Counted from the stretch's first letter, positions 51,551-64,000 are shown. The stretch is 64,000 bases of DNA from the human T2T-CHM13v2.0 reference genome, Homo sapiens (GCF_009914755.1 NC_060929.1); one strand, 5' to 3'. Notes: a model not told the origin generated them from the letters alone. Numbers and translations: made by a program.

Positions 51551-51828
51551 ATTTGAGAAGGTTCTACAAAGTTTGTGACCCAATATGGCCCTTTCACTCC
51601 TATCTGCCTATGACTTCCTCTTTATTCCTGACTCATTGGGAAGTGGCCCCTCACCTCCAGCCTCTGATCTCCTTTCATATCTTTGCCAGACCAGGCCAGA
51701 TGGGAGTGAGGCTGGGGTGCTGCCTGCGCAAGGCCTCAGCACCCTCACAGTAATAATAATGACAGCAACGACCACAGTAGCTGCTGCTGATGAAGTGCTC
51801 CTCATGTGGCAGGCATTGTGCTAATAAG

Positions 51829-51928
51829 CAGGACCAGGAAGAGGACGAAGAGGGTAAAAGCTTAGCCGACAAATTGTAAGGAGATCTCAAGGTCGTGCAA
51901 GTCGAAAGTCCTTAAAGTCCTGGTCCTG
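51829..51928. mobile_element. MER96-like hAT MITE, internally deleted
   Basis: Inverted ends CAGGACCAGGA/TCCTGGTCCTG, internal aaattgtaaggagatctcaaggtcgtgcaagt, and a degenerate 8-bp TSD ctaataag/ctgagaag. Confidence 0.7.
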
Positions 51929-52269
51929 CTGAGAAGCTCCTAATAGATATTATCTTCTTTTATTCTCACAAGTAAATTTTATCACTCCCATTTTACAGAT
52001 GAGGAAACTGATTCAGAGGTTAATTTGCCAAGGTCATACAGCCATATTTGACCCAAGCTCTTCACCACTAAGCTGTCTTAGCTCATTCACGTTAGCCTGG
52101 CCGCCCCGTGGGAAGTTCCCCTGCCCGTGATCCTCCGGAAGACCGCAGGTCCCTATGCCCACTCAGACAGCCGACTGTTGGGAGTCTGCAAGCTGGCGTG
52201 ACTTTGGTGCAAGCAGCCGCAGGAAGAGGCTGCCGCCAGAGCGGGCAGGAAAGGGCGCGTTCCCACATA

Positions 52270-52289
52270 TGTCCACTAGATGGCGCCCC
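52270..52289 (+). promoter_or_regulatory. Strong CTCF motif in a CpG-enriched patch
   Basis: TGTCCACTAGATGGCGCCCC matches the CTCF core consensus at all key positions. Confidence 0.8.
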
Positions 52290-52676
52290 AACACCGAGCC
52301 ACTGAGCTCCAGCGGCCGAATGGACAGGCCCCCAGCAGGGAGGCGCTGTGCGAGACCCGCCCCTCTGTCCGTGGACACAGGTCTCCAACCCTCCGACGCT
52401 CTCCCTGATTTCTGCATCACCGATCCCCTTCGCTGCTACCCCCAGGAGATGGTCTCGGGGAGGAGAGACTTCCCAGGCTACTTGGGAGGGATTCTTCCTT
52501 CTTTCCCCTGGAACTGTCTCTTAGCGGTGCCCAGCGCTTCCCAGGGCCTCCGCAGCACTGCCTCTCCCTTCGTTCCCTTCCTGAATTCCCCAGGCCCTCC
52601 CTGTCACTCCCACTCTCTCAACTTCTGCCAGTCTTCTGAGGCAGGGACCATTAAGGCCCATTCCACAGATTTGGTG

Positions 52677-52704
52677 ATGCAAATGCATGCAAATGTATGC
52701 AAAT
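52677..52704 (+). promoter_or_regulatory. Three tandem POU octamer motifs
   Basis: ATGCAAAT at 52677, 52687 and 52697. Confidence 0.7.
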
Positions 52705-55700
52705 CGCCATGTAAAGGAGGCTTGCCACTGTGGTTCTAAGTGGCTGTCACAGCTTCTCTGACACCTGTTTTGGGAGACAGCTGCCCTGCCCCCTCCTCCT
52801 CGGTGTCTATCTGCTATTCGCCCCCCTTTCCTTCCTCCAAGGCTCTGGCCCCCTTTCCTTCAGCGACCCTGGTTGGCTTCTGGTTACAAAGGACCCTTGG
52901 GGACTTCTCTCCAAACCCCCTAAAGGGGGCAAGGCGAGAAGCACATCTTATTGGGCACCGACTTTGACATCTGATAATTTCACCATTTTCTAGCTGTGTG
53001 ACCTTGGGAAAGCAGGTTAACTTCTCTGAGTCTCAGTTTCATCGTTAGCAGAAGGGGAATGATAGTAGGCACCTAATAAGGCTGCGGTAAAGACTCTATG
53101 CTGCACTGCGTGTAAAGTGCTTGGCACACAGCCCGAGCATGGGAAGCATGTGGCTATCAATGTTATGATGATCACTGACCCTGTGGGTCATCGTATTCTG
53201 AGAACTCGGGCTTGGAGACAGAGATATGCAGGTGGACCCAGCTCAGCCATGTGCACATGTGTGCTCATCTCTGTACATGCGCGCGCACACACACACACAC
53301 ACACAGCTGACAGCCTCACGCGCTGGAGGGGCGCACGCGCGGGTACACACGCATTCAGAAACACACACAGGAGGAGGCTGTGGGAGGTGGAATCTGAGTC
53401 ATCGAGACCAGAGCTGTGGGTGGTGCTTTTGTCCTGATTTCCGGGGCTCAGTGCTCCATTTCGAACAAGGAAATGTATGCGGATGGCACAGCTAACCAGC
53501 CAGCTGAAGGGCCAGTTGTGTGGACCCCTTTCTTGCATCAGCCCCTTCCCCAGGGTTGCTATTGTGCCAGTCCCAGCCTAGCTCTGTGTCATCTGAGCTT
53601 TTTCTTCCTCTGACCCTGCCCCTAGCTCCACTGAGGCCTAGTAGGTGGGACGGGGCAGGCCCACTGAGGTGATAGAGCAGGCTCTCAATGACGTCATAGA
53701 GAAGGTGATGCCTGCTGCAGCCGCTCGCTGCAGAATGCCCTGGGAGCTTGATGGACATAGTGAGGAAGAGGGTGTGAGGGATGTGGCATACAACGGTAGT
53801 TAAGAGCACTATCTTGAGAATAAGGTGAACCCCGGGTTGAAGTCCTGGCTCTGCCTCTGTGTGACTTTTTGCAGTTCTCTTAACCTCTTTAGGCCTCAAT
53901 TTCTTTGTCAGTAGAATGAAACCAGTCATACCTAACTCAAAGAGTTTTGTGACTTTTCAATGAGATAATGCACATAAACATGTGCTCTGTTCAGTGCTGC
54001 ATGGACTGAATGTTTGTAAGTGGCCATGATTTTGGATGATGCTGATTGAAGGGCAGCCCCACCCACAGCAGTTTCACGTCCTTCCTAGGAGTTGCCTCTC
54101 CTTCCACACCACTCAGGCCTGGAGGGAAGAAGAGAGGCAGTGCTTTTGGTGCCTGGGGTCTCCTGGGTCAGTATGGGCTAAGGTATCAATAGGTAGGTGT
54201 GTTGTCCAGCTTTTCTTCTCTGATTAGATGATTAATCAAGATAGGTCGGAATCACAACCTTGCCAAAAGGGAAAGAAAGATGCTGTGGTTTACTGTGCAC
54301 CTGTTATATGGTAGGCACCATGGTGGGTGCTGTCCCACGTGAGCTCTCGTCAACCTCCCAACAGCTCTGTGAAATAGGTATTAGCATCTTCAAGGTACAA
54401 CCCCAGAAGAAATGAAGTAACTTGCCCTAGGATGTATAGTCGGTAAATAGAGAAACTGGGATTCAGACCATCTCCCATTCCACACTCTCTACCTTGCCAT
54501 ATACATCCACAGTTTTGATTCCTGTGGGCTCCATGGATGTGGCAATGGGGAGGATCAGTTCCTTGGATGTGCAGCCCCTGCCTCCAGAGCTGCCCAAGTC
54601 TGCTTGGGCCTTAGAGGGGGAGGGGTCTGTATTTCTCCGCTCAGTCTCTTGAGAGCCTTGTGGGCAATGGTGGAGCTAGTTAATCACCAAAAGTGTCCCC
54701 AGGTGTTATGCTCTTGGCTCCTAGCCAGTGGTTATATGACATCAGGGAAAGGACACAGGTGCATGGAGGTTGGGGGCGGGCTAGGGGCAGCCTAGACACC
54801 TGCTGAAGGCTCGGTTCTGTGTCAGTGGGGGGCATGGGGATGGGGGGAGCAGCAGATGGATGGGGTCGGTCTGGGGCAGGGATGCTGAATCGGCTCTGAA
54901 GCCCAAGGTGACTCGAGAGCCTGCCAGGAAGAAGAAAGTGTGAAGGAGAAGGAGGGAAGGAGAGCTATAGTGTAGGAGAAACTGAGGCAGCTGAGGGAAA
55001 GGACAGTGGGGTCTCAGTGTGGTTGGCCAAGAGTGGTTAGTGGTGCAGGCTTTGGAGTCAGAAGGCACAGGCTCTTATTTCAATGCCACCGCTGATGAGC
55101 TATGTGGCCAAAGGCGAGAACTGTCCTCCAGTTTCCTCAGCTGCAAACAGGGTACAAATAGCACCTCTACAAATAGAAGTTCTATCCCTAGAACCTCTAG
55201 TCCTTCACCACCAGAACCTAAACTTCATTGCAGCCTGGCTGCCAACTAACCACCCATAGGACCTAAATCACGGACAGGGCCAGGAAGGACCTGCCTCAGA
55301 CGGCTCCAGGGTCCGGCTCCCACCCAAGTCTAACCACACACTCAATTTTTTTCTCCAACTGATGGCCACCTTTTCCTCTGGGCCCAGGTCTAAAGGTCTA
55401 CCTGTCTTGCTCATTGGCTAAGCATCCAGTGCATAGTAGGGGCTCCTACTATGAAAGGAGTAATATATGTCAAGTGGCTGATATATTGTTCAATAATTGC
55501 CCCTTAGCTGATTTCATTTCAGTGAATATTTCTAGAGCATTCACCCTGTGCCAAGCAAACAAGACTGAGTCCCTGTCCTCACAGATTGGTGGGTGAAGGG
55601 TTTAAGGGTGCAGTGAGTGTTACTGAGGTGACTACAGGCACATTCCCAAACCAGGGCCCAGGAGAAAAGGTGGCCAATGCTTGAAGGAAAAAACTGTGTG

Positions 55701-58700
55701 TGGTTAGGCCTGATTGAGATTTGGCCCCTGGAGCCTTCTGAAGCAGGCCCTTCCAGGCCCCAGCAGTGATTAAGGTCCTTGTGGCTGGTTACTCGGCAGC
55801 CAGGCCGGAAGAGAGAGCCGGTAATTAACAAGCTGGCACTCACACAACCACATGTCAGCACGCCCAAGCGCTGGGATAGCTGTCTGTCAGTCGTAACTGC
55901 TGGTGGAATTTTTTAGACAGCTGGGCTCAAGCCGGGAAATGAATATAAGTTGCATTTCTATGCATCGTTGTTCATAGTGGTAAAAAAAATTAATCAGTGA
56001 CATAGCTGTGACACATACTCATTTAAGAGTCTACAGAGAAATGTTCATTTGTCAGAGGCAGCAAAGAAGAGATTATGTGTCAGCTGGGGAGGGGTGAAAT
56101 ATTTATACAATGGCTAAAAAACACCGGTGTGTAAGGGGGTCAATTGATTGTGTCAGTGGCCACATGACAAATACAGCATTGAGCAGCCATGGGCACTACC
56201 CTTGTGCCCGGGGGCTCCATTCTGATGACAAATACACAACGTGTTACTGTTAATGCTCCCCAGCAACCATGCGCTCAGCCCTCTTTGCTGGCTGGGCGGC
56301 TGAAGATTGCTAGGAAGCAGAGCTCCCATGGAAGCTGCCTACCCCCAACTTCATTAAGTCGAACTTGAAGTTGGTAAATTACTCCCCAAATGCCAAAACA
56401 GCTGCAAAAAACAATTTCTTTGTTGTGTGCAGTTTTTAAAATTTCGTATTCCTGAATTTCAAAGGGCTTTCTCCCTGCCTTCACCAAGACCATATCACCA
56501 GCACCTCCCATGCAGACCTCACCCTGCCCCAGGCTCTGCACCTCACTGTGTGGCTCCAGGGCAATGTAGAGCACCTGGGTTCAAGTTCTTGTCCAGCCAG
56601 TCTGTTAGCTAAGTTGGCCTCCTTCCTTGTTCTCACAGCTGAGGCCAAGGCCTAACTTGTTCCCCAGTTATAGGAAGGAGTCAATGTACCATCCCAGGCA
56701 CAGTGATACTTCCGTGACCGGACACCCACCTGTCATTGCCTAAGGGGAAAGTAGTCTGGTTGGGACATCTGTCATCCCCAGGCAGAACACCTCTGCCTCT
56801 CAGCCCAGCCCATGAGCAGCCCACCTGGGGCTGTGTGATAGGTCAAACTTTCCAGAAGGAGGAGAACGTCGTATCAGTGCTGACAACTACTAGTTTTTGA
56901 GCCCTGATCACGTGCCGGGCACTGTGTCAAGTGCTCTCTGTGCATTATTTCACTGAATCTTAAGACAACTCTTGAGCTGGGTCTAATGATCAGTCCAGTT
57001 GTATAGGGAAGGAAACCAAAACCCAGAGAAACAGCTTGTCTAATGCCTATGCTATGTAGATAGAGGTGGCATTTGAACCTGGTTGGTAGGACCCCAGGGC
57101 ACAGCCTTTCTGACCCTTGTTCACCTGTCTGACCATGTTGGAACTACGTCTCATGGTTAACACCTGCAAATCTTAATTTCAAAGCTTAAACCATTCAGAT
57201 TCTAAGAGATCAATTAACAAACCTTGAAGATGGTAAAACTTGTGGAGGCATGGGCTGTATCCCAGACTCTGCTCAGAGCATTCACTCTAGCAAAACCCAG
57301 CTGATTTTCTCTCATCTTAACTGGGGCAGATAGAGCCGTTTCCCCTCCCCAAAGTGTCCCCACCATCCTGGTTTAGAAACATGGGCATTTTCACCCCTCC
57401 AGAGACTGACAGAGGCCCCTTCCACTCCCCTGCATACGATCCCTGCCTCCAGCCCGCTGTCGGTCGCTGTAATATCCCTATCATTCCTGCGACATCCAAC
57501 ATCCGTCATTTGATTTGGGATGGGATGACACTCTGAGAAAACAGTTGCAGATGAAATTTCACACATATCGGTGAACGTGGAGATTGCAGATAAGCACACG
57601 TTGCAACTTGTTTTTACTTTTTAAAATGAGATTCTTCCCTTATGAAGTTGTGCTCCACCTTAGATTTCCCACTGTGAGGCTGTTAGTAATGACAACATTA
57701 GTGATAGTGACAATAACATAGATTGTGCTCATTGAGTATTTATTATGTGCTAAGTACTTTGCACATTGTTTTGCTTAATCCTCACAACAACCCTATTTTA
57801 CAGATGTGAAAACTGAGAATCAGAGAGCCTAAGTAATTTTCCCACAGATGTGTAGCTCGCAGGAGCTGGGCTTTGAACCTAAGGGTATCAGCAGCAGAAC
57901 CCCTAGACTCTTACCCATGAAGGCCTGAGTTCAGTCCTACTGCACCGGAACAACTCCATCTAGCCCACACCCTGGCTTCGGCTGTATAAACTATGCTAGC
58001 TCCCAGATGGTCTTGCTCTCTTTCACCTCAGCACCTTTGCAGATGCTGTTCCCACTGTCTAGAAAGCCCTTCCTTTTATCTGTTCTGACATGGGTACCTC
58101 ACTGGTGACTGTAGGGAGGAAACTTTGGCTGTTACACCTCATCCCATCCACAATCCCTGCCCCAGGACTCTGGAGGCCCCTGCGAGCTCAGCCAAGGGTG
58201 CTCTGGAAGGCTGCCCTCCCCACATCCTCACAGCCTGCCGGGCTGGCTCCAAGGGTCTAACACCAGAGGTGACTAGAAGGATCCTGCTCTGGAAAAGACA
58301 GCATCCCAGTACCCTCCCCTTCCCCCAGTCTCCACAGCATCCTTACACAGACATGACCAGGTCACTCCCTGCCACATCCTCCCACCCGCCAACACTATAC
58401 AAGCCTCACCTCTCTCCTCCCTGTTGCTGTCCCAGCCAAACTGCCTCATTTACAGGGTTCCTGAGCAGTCCCCACTCTCTCTTGCCTCTGGCTTCTCCTG
58501 CTTGGAACATTCTTCCCTCTTCCTTCTCTTCCGCCTTCTTCCTATTCATCCTTCAAGATTCATCTTGGGTACCCTTCCAGGAAGCCTTCCCAGATTTCCC
58601 CAGCCTGGGCTATCTACTCCAGAGCAGGACATGGTGCCACTGTCCACCATGGTATGCCTAGTGCCAGCCACAGGGAAGGCCTCATGAATGTTTAACAAAC

Positions 58701-61700
58701 CAATGGGTGAATAAATGAGTGACCTGGGAATGCAGACAGCCACAGAAAAGAGAGATCCCCATGATCCTAGACTCCAAGGAAGAGGTTCTGGAGGCTTGGT
58801 GTGAGTAGGGGCATCAGTTAAGCCACAGAACCTATGGGTAGGAGTTAAAGTCTCAGATTATTCAAGCAGACTAAGATTGTATCCAGAGTCTGAATAGCCT
58901 GTATGACTCAAAGCAAGTTACTTAACTTCTCTGAGCTTTGGCCATCTCATATGTGACGTGGGGGCTAATAATATGGCCAATATCATAAGGTTGTGTTGGG
59001 AGTTAAGTGAGATAATTCAAGTTGTGTACATATATGGATACTCAATTATTTGCTGTTGTTGTTAAGAGACTGGAATGGCATAAGAGCTGGAAGGGTTTAC
59101 ACTGTGTAGGCTACTCTGGGTTTCAGCTTCAAGATCCAGGGCAAGTGGACAATTAAGAACCCTGGACTTTCAGGAACTTGCATGGTCGGCCCAGTTCTGC
59201 CCCCCACAGGCTGTGTGACCTCAGAGAAGATTCCTTCCTCTCTGAGTCTTGGTTTTGTCCTCTTCGAAATAAGGACATTAATTCCTTCCGCCAGTAATTA
59301 CCCAATAGGATTATTGTGGGAGATCATATGAGATAATATATATGAAAATGCTTTGAAATGTGCTCAGGGCTGCATAAATAAAAGGAATTATGGTTATCTA
59401 CAGGCAGTTTGTAGGGGCTTAATTATTAGTCAGCATTCATGGGCACTGAAGCTGTGGAGCAGTCCTGCAAATGTTCCCTTGGCAGCTTTAGCAGAAAGGA
59501 CCCTGTGGAGAAACTGAGGCTGGGTTGCCAGCATGTATCCAGGGGACCTTGGCAGTAGCGGGTGGGGTGGGGAGGTGGTGCTGAGATGGGACAGCCTTGG
59601 GGTTCCACCCTGGCCTGATCCCCAGTTTTAGGACCTCCAACCATCTTTGCAGAGGTGGGAGTCTGCAGGAAGAGGGGCAGGAACTCCTTGGCTTCAGGTG
59701 TGAAGTGCTTGGGCTGCTGCCAAGGGTGGCTCTTCTGGGTTTGCTCCTGGCAGCTCCTCCAGCTGGAGGAGCTGGAGACAGTCACCAGCAGGCAATGACT
59801 TGGCATTTGCTAGACCCAGCTGGCTGATGAGGGGAGAAGGGTGCCCAGCCTCCTTGTTTTTGGAGACCCAGAACTATGCTCTTTGGAGGGTGGAAAGGAG
59901 GTGGACCCAGGGCCTGCCCTCAGGAGTGCGGCTCAGGGGCAGTGGTGGGGCTACTCTTCACCAGGGAGGGACAACCAAGGATGAAAGGGCCCAGATGTGG
60001 CCTGTGAGTGGATGGCTAAGAAGGAAGGAGATGGAGAGAAGTGAGAGGGGGAGCAAAGAACTGGTCCTAGGACATCGAAAGTCATTCCTTTGAAGATGGG
60101 GGTAGAGGGTCAGTGGGAGGGACTAAAACAGGAGACATGGAGTTCCAGTGCCATCCATCCATTTATTTCCTCATTCAAAACCTTTCTTGAGCACCTAGTA
60201 TACGTTGAACACTGAAGATAGAGCGGTAAACAAGAAGGAGCTTCCCTGCCCTTGTGAAATTGAGTTTAGGAGATAGATACAAACATGTGAATTTCACAGG
60301 GGAAGTACAGGAGGCTTTAGAAGGAAAAACAAGAGGCTCTACCTAGCCCTAGCAGCAGGGAAAGCCTTTCCTAAGAAGTGAGGTTTGAGATGAGGCCACT
60401 GGACGTCAGCTGGGGTGGTGTCAATTCTACAAATATTTATAGATCATTTACTATCGACCAACCAATCGACAGAGTCCCTGTCCTCAAAGAGGTAGCTATT
60501 AGAAGGGAAAAGAGTCCCAGGAAAAAGGAATTACACATACAAGGGCAGAGGCAAGAGAGGCCAAGTATGTCGCAGGAGCATAGAGAGCTCAGAGTGCAAG
60601 AGGCAAGAGATGAAAGATGGGCAGGAGATGAAAGACAAGGCAGGAGCAAAAGACAGCCCCAGGCCATGCTAGGGTGTTTGGAGCTTGTCCAGGGCCATGT
60701 GTGATGGTCGGATTTGCATGCTTGAAAGGCCACTCTCAAATATTCATTGGCACCATGGCAAATGAAAAGTCGCATGTGGCAGCCTCTGTCCCACATTCCC
60801 CACTATCAGGCTGATCCGAAGGCAGGAGAGGGTGTATCTAGGCTGCACGTCTGAAAGGCTGAGACTGAGTGTGTCTGTCACTGATTGAATGTGGGAGCGA
60901 CAGAATATGTGTGCCTGCCTCATGCCTGTTCATGCCATTATTGGTGTTGTTGACCTTATTGCGGATCAATAACAATAGCCCCTCACATGGGCCTGGTGCC
61001 TGTGTCCATTTGAGTTTCATGAGAGATATCTCCAGGAAGCAGAACCAGGATTCCTACTCCCATTTTACAGATAATGATGCTGCTAATAATAGTTGACATA
61101 TTGAGTGTTTAGTGTATGAAGGCTCTGTGTGCATACTACCTCATGGAACACACACTGCAATCACTCCCATTTTACAGATGAGTCATTTGAGGGCACTTAC
61201 AAGCTTGCAAGGGCACTTACATGCTAGTAAGTGGCAAAACTGGGACTAGAAGCCATTTCTCCCTACCTTCTGCCCTTGTCCCAGGTAATCTTAGCCTCTC
61301 CTCCCTCCTTTCATCTTTCTCCTTCGAGTTGCAAAGCTGCCCCAATAAACAATAGCCTGGTATTGCTGAAACAGCCCCATCTCCTGAGCTCAAATTGTAA
61401 ACTTTGCCTCTTCATACCCATACCCCTCCACCCTGGCTCAGCCCAGCCTTGAGGGCAGTGCCCCTGAAATCCTGGGCATCTGACACCTGAGTGCTGCAGG
61501 CCCCAGCCCACAGCAAGCACTGGCACTCCCCTAAATCTTTCCAGAGCCAAGACCCCTCCCGCCGCCATCTCAGAGCCTCACTTGGTCAGAGCGGCCAGGG
61601 GAGGCGGGATCGATGTGCAGAGAACTCAGTAATAATCCCAGCACAGGCAGCCAGGCTGCTGTATAAAGACAGATTAAAAACTCATCGGGTTGAGATGAGG

Positions 61701-62319
61701 AAATAATTCAGATGCTTGGCCATAGTGGGAACGTCTAGGGCTGCAGGTGCTAGTCGGAGTACATGTGAGGGGGTGGCCGGGACCCAGATGACAGCGGCTT
61801 TTGGCCTTGGGAATCTGCACTCCCCCACTTCGTTCCACCCCCAGAGCTACCTTCCTTTGCTGCCTGCCTTGAAGCCAAGGCTGACAAATCTCAGTCCCCC
61901 AGGGAGCAGCGAGGGGGAGGCAGGCTGGGGGAAACCGAGAGAGCACAGTTGCTGCCTAGCTCCACACCCTGGTTTATTTCCTCCGCAGCACTGAAATTAT
62001 TTTGCTCATTTATTTGTTTACTTGTATGCTGTTTCCTCACCTAGACTATAAGCCCCGCGAGGCCAGGGACCTGTTCATCTGTGTACTGCAGTACCTCCAG
62101 CCCCCAGCCTACAAGAGGGACTTCTTAAGAACTGTTGAGTAAATGAATGCATGGATTGGAATCCTGGCTCTTGCTGTATGACCTCGCTGAGGTTCCGTTC
62201 TCTTAGCTGTAAAATGGGCACGGTAGTGGCTTCCAAAGGAGATCTCAGCCCAGCGCCAGGCTTCTAGGAAGCGCTCAATTGAGGATTTTGTTACATTGAT
62301 GTCAAAAGAAAATGGAAAC

Positions 62320-63076
62320 CGTGTCTGCCGCTTGAGATGCCATCAGGGGGCGCCCTTGTGCAAGGCGCTCGGCGTGCTGCGCCTTCCGCAGGCTCCCGGG
62401 TGAGCGCATCCAAGGCCGCCCCCACTCCCCGCCCCCACCTTTGGGGGGCTTATCTCCTCCCCTCTCCGTCCCGTTCACACGCCCACCCTCACTCCGCCCG
62501 CGTCCCCGCTCCGGGGACCGTCTCCGCAGCCCCGTGCCCACCCTTCCCCACCGCCAGGCCCAGACTCCTTCCGCCCACGCGGCCCCATATGCTGGAAAGA
62601 GCCTCCCACTCCCCATCTGTCAAGCCACTTCCTTGCCCCCATTCCCGGCTTCGCCGCTGTCCCCTCCTCCAGGAAGCTGGTCCTGATTGAGGGGCAGAGG
62701 ACTGCCAGCTTCGCCGGTCAACCGCCCGGTATCCCCGTTCCCCCAACCACAGGGCTTTAGGGAAATGCCCGCTGCCCTGGGCAGATGACCCCCAGTGCTG
62801 AGCTCTGAGCCTCGAGTCAGGGTTTGCGAACAGATGCGAGAACTCTCTGTGCGCTTCAGACCCGTGGGGAAACCCTGCCGAGGAAAGGAGTGGGAGGGCC
62901 TGCGTGGAAGGACCCCTCGTGTCACGGCCGGCTGGCTGGGGGTGGGGAGCGGGCTTCGGGGCATTGCCGGCTGTTCGCCTGGAGGACGCAGGGCTTGGGG
63001 AGCGCGGTACAGACAAACACAGGCTGCTTTTCTCGCCCGAAAGACCGGTTTCATTTCGCAGATTGATTATTGCTGC

Positions 63077-63080
<4 letters not shown>
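62320..63080. promoter_or_regulatory. CpG island with no coding gene attached in this window; contains a CTCF-like motif (62338-62355) and a GC box
   Basis: CpG-dense, with GCCATCAGGGGGCGCCC and CCCCGCCCC at ~62427. Confidence 0.75.

Positions 63081-63124
<44 letters not shown>
63081..63124. repeat. (GT)n microsatellite
   Basis: Uninterrupted GT run at the edge of the CpG island. Confidence 0.97.
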
Positions 63125-63127
<3 letters not shown>

Positions 63128-64000
63128 GGCGTTGTTAGTTTTTTAAAAATGTAACTTGCTTGTCTAATGAATGTTTGATTGCACCTACATCCGGAGGGTG
63201 TTTTAATGAAAGGTGAAGGCTCCTGGAGGGAAATAAATAAATAAAGGATCGCTCCCCATCCGTAGGCACCCGCTCCCCCGGCAACTCTCTATCCACAGCT
63301 ATCTTCTGAAGCCCATGCCCTCGCGGAAGAATTCTGTTCCTGTTTGAATGTTCCCATGTAAATGCTGCTGCTCTCCCATGGAAATCACACCCTTCAATCG
63401 GTCAATCTCAGGGCTTTTATTAAGGGTGTGAAGGGGAGATGAATGGGGAGAGGGAGCTCTGGGGGAGCGGGGAGAGGAGCGAGGAGGCCTCTTTTCCCGC
63501 CGCAGGCTGGACTGGGTTTTGCTCGCTTGGTGAGTGCACACCCACTCTGCGCCAGGCTTTGTGCTGAGATCGGTGGACACGGAGAAAGCAGGCACAGGGT
63601 AATGCCAGTGCTATCAGTTCAATTCAGCAATTATTTGTTCAGCATCCCAGTACCACATTGTGACCCTGGGGGATTCGCTGAACCTCAGACAGCCTCAGTT
63701 TCCTCATCTGTAAAATGGAGATTGTAATCATATTTATCTCATTATGTGTTGGTGGGATTAAATGAGAGAGTGCATGGCACACAGTAAGCACTCAGGGAAT
63801 GCTAGCTGTTATTATCTACTATGTAAGTAGTAGTGTAGGGGCTATGGGAAAGCAGAGCGGTGTGGAGCACAGACCTAGGAGATTATTAGAGGGTGGATTT
63901 AAAAGTGCATCCCTCTTACAGGTAGAATGTCTACGTTTAGGCTCAGTCCCATTGATCAGTCAACTGATAATTACTGACTGCTGGCATACCAGCCACTGTT

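Noticed and set aside
58125-58687. 178-aa ORF in the distal region
   Set aside because: It overlaps pyrimidine-rich L2-like sequence, starts at a non-ATG codon and shows no domain or splice support.
62302-63154. ORFs of 80-175 aa in the distal CpG island
   Set aside because: GC-content artefacts; one runs into the GT repeat (poly-CV).

Overview
Human (primate) genomic DNA matching the chr5q31 RELL2-FCHSD1-ARAP3 locus, identified from the translated exons. It holds the last coding exons and 3' UTR of RELL2 (+ strand) and two complete minus-strand genes. FCHSD1 has 20 coding exons, which I reconstructed to 2073 nt (690 aa + stop). ARAP3 has a non-coding exon 1 plus 32 coding exons, reconstructed to 4635 nt (1544 aa + stop). 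About 21 kb of non-coding DNA follows upstream of ARAP3. The window has about 24 Alu elements (none after ~48.6 kb), L1/L2/MIR remnants, DNA transposons, MaLR-like remnants, microsatellites and three CpG islands. I found no new protein-coding system; apart from the partial exon frames of these three genes, the supplied ORFs look like repeat-, antisense- or GC-derived noise. The best leads are regulatory: a candidate UG-repeat (TDP-43-type) cryptic exon in the last ARAP3 intron, a strong-context Met-Ala-stop uORF just before the ARAP3 start, a 230-nt AG-exclusion zone, a GC-AG intron, a bidirectional poly(A) element, a possible in-frame ARAP3-FCHSD1 read-through, three phased octamers near a CTCF site, and a dense TGACA (TALE) motif cluster. 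Repeat family names come from recalled consensus sequences and need RepeatMasker confirmation.
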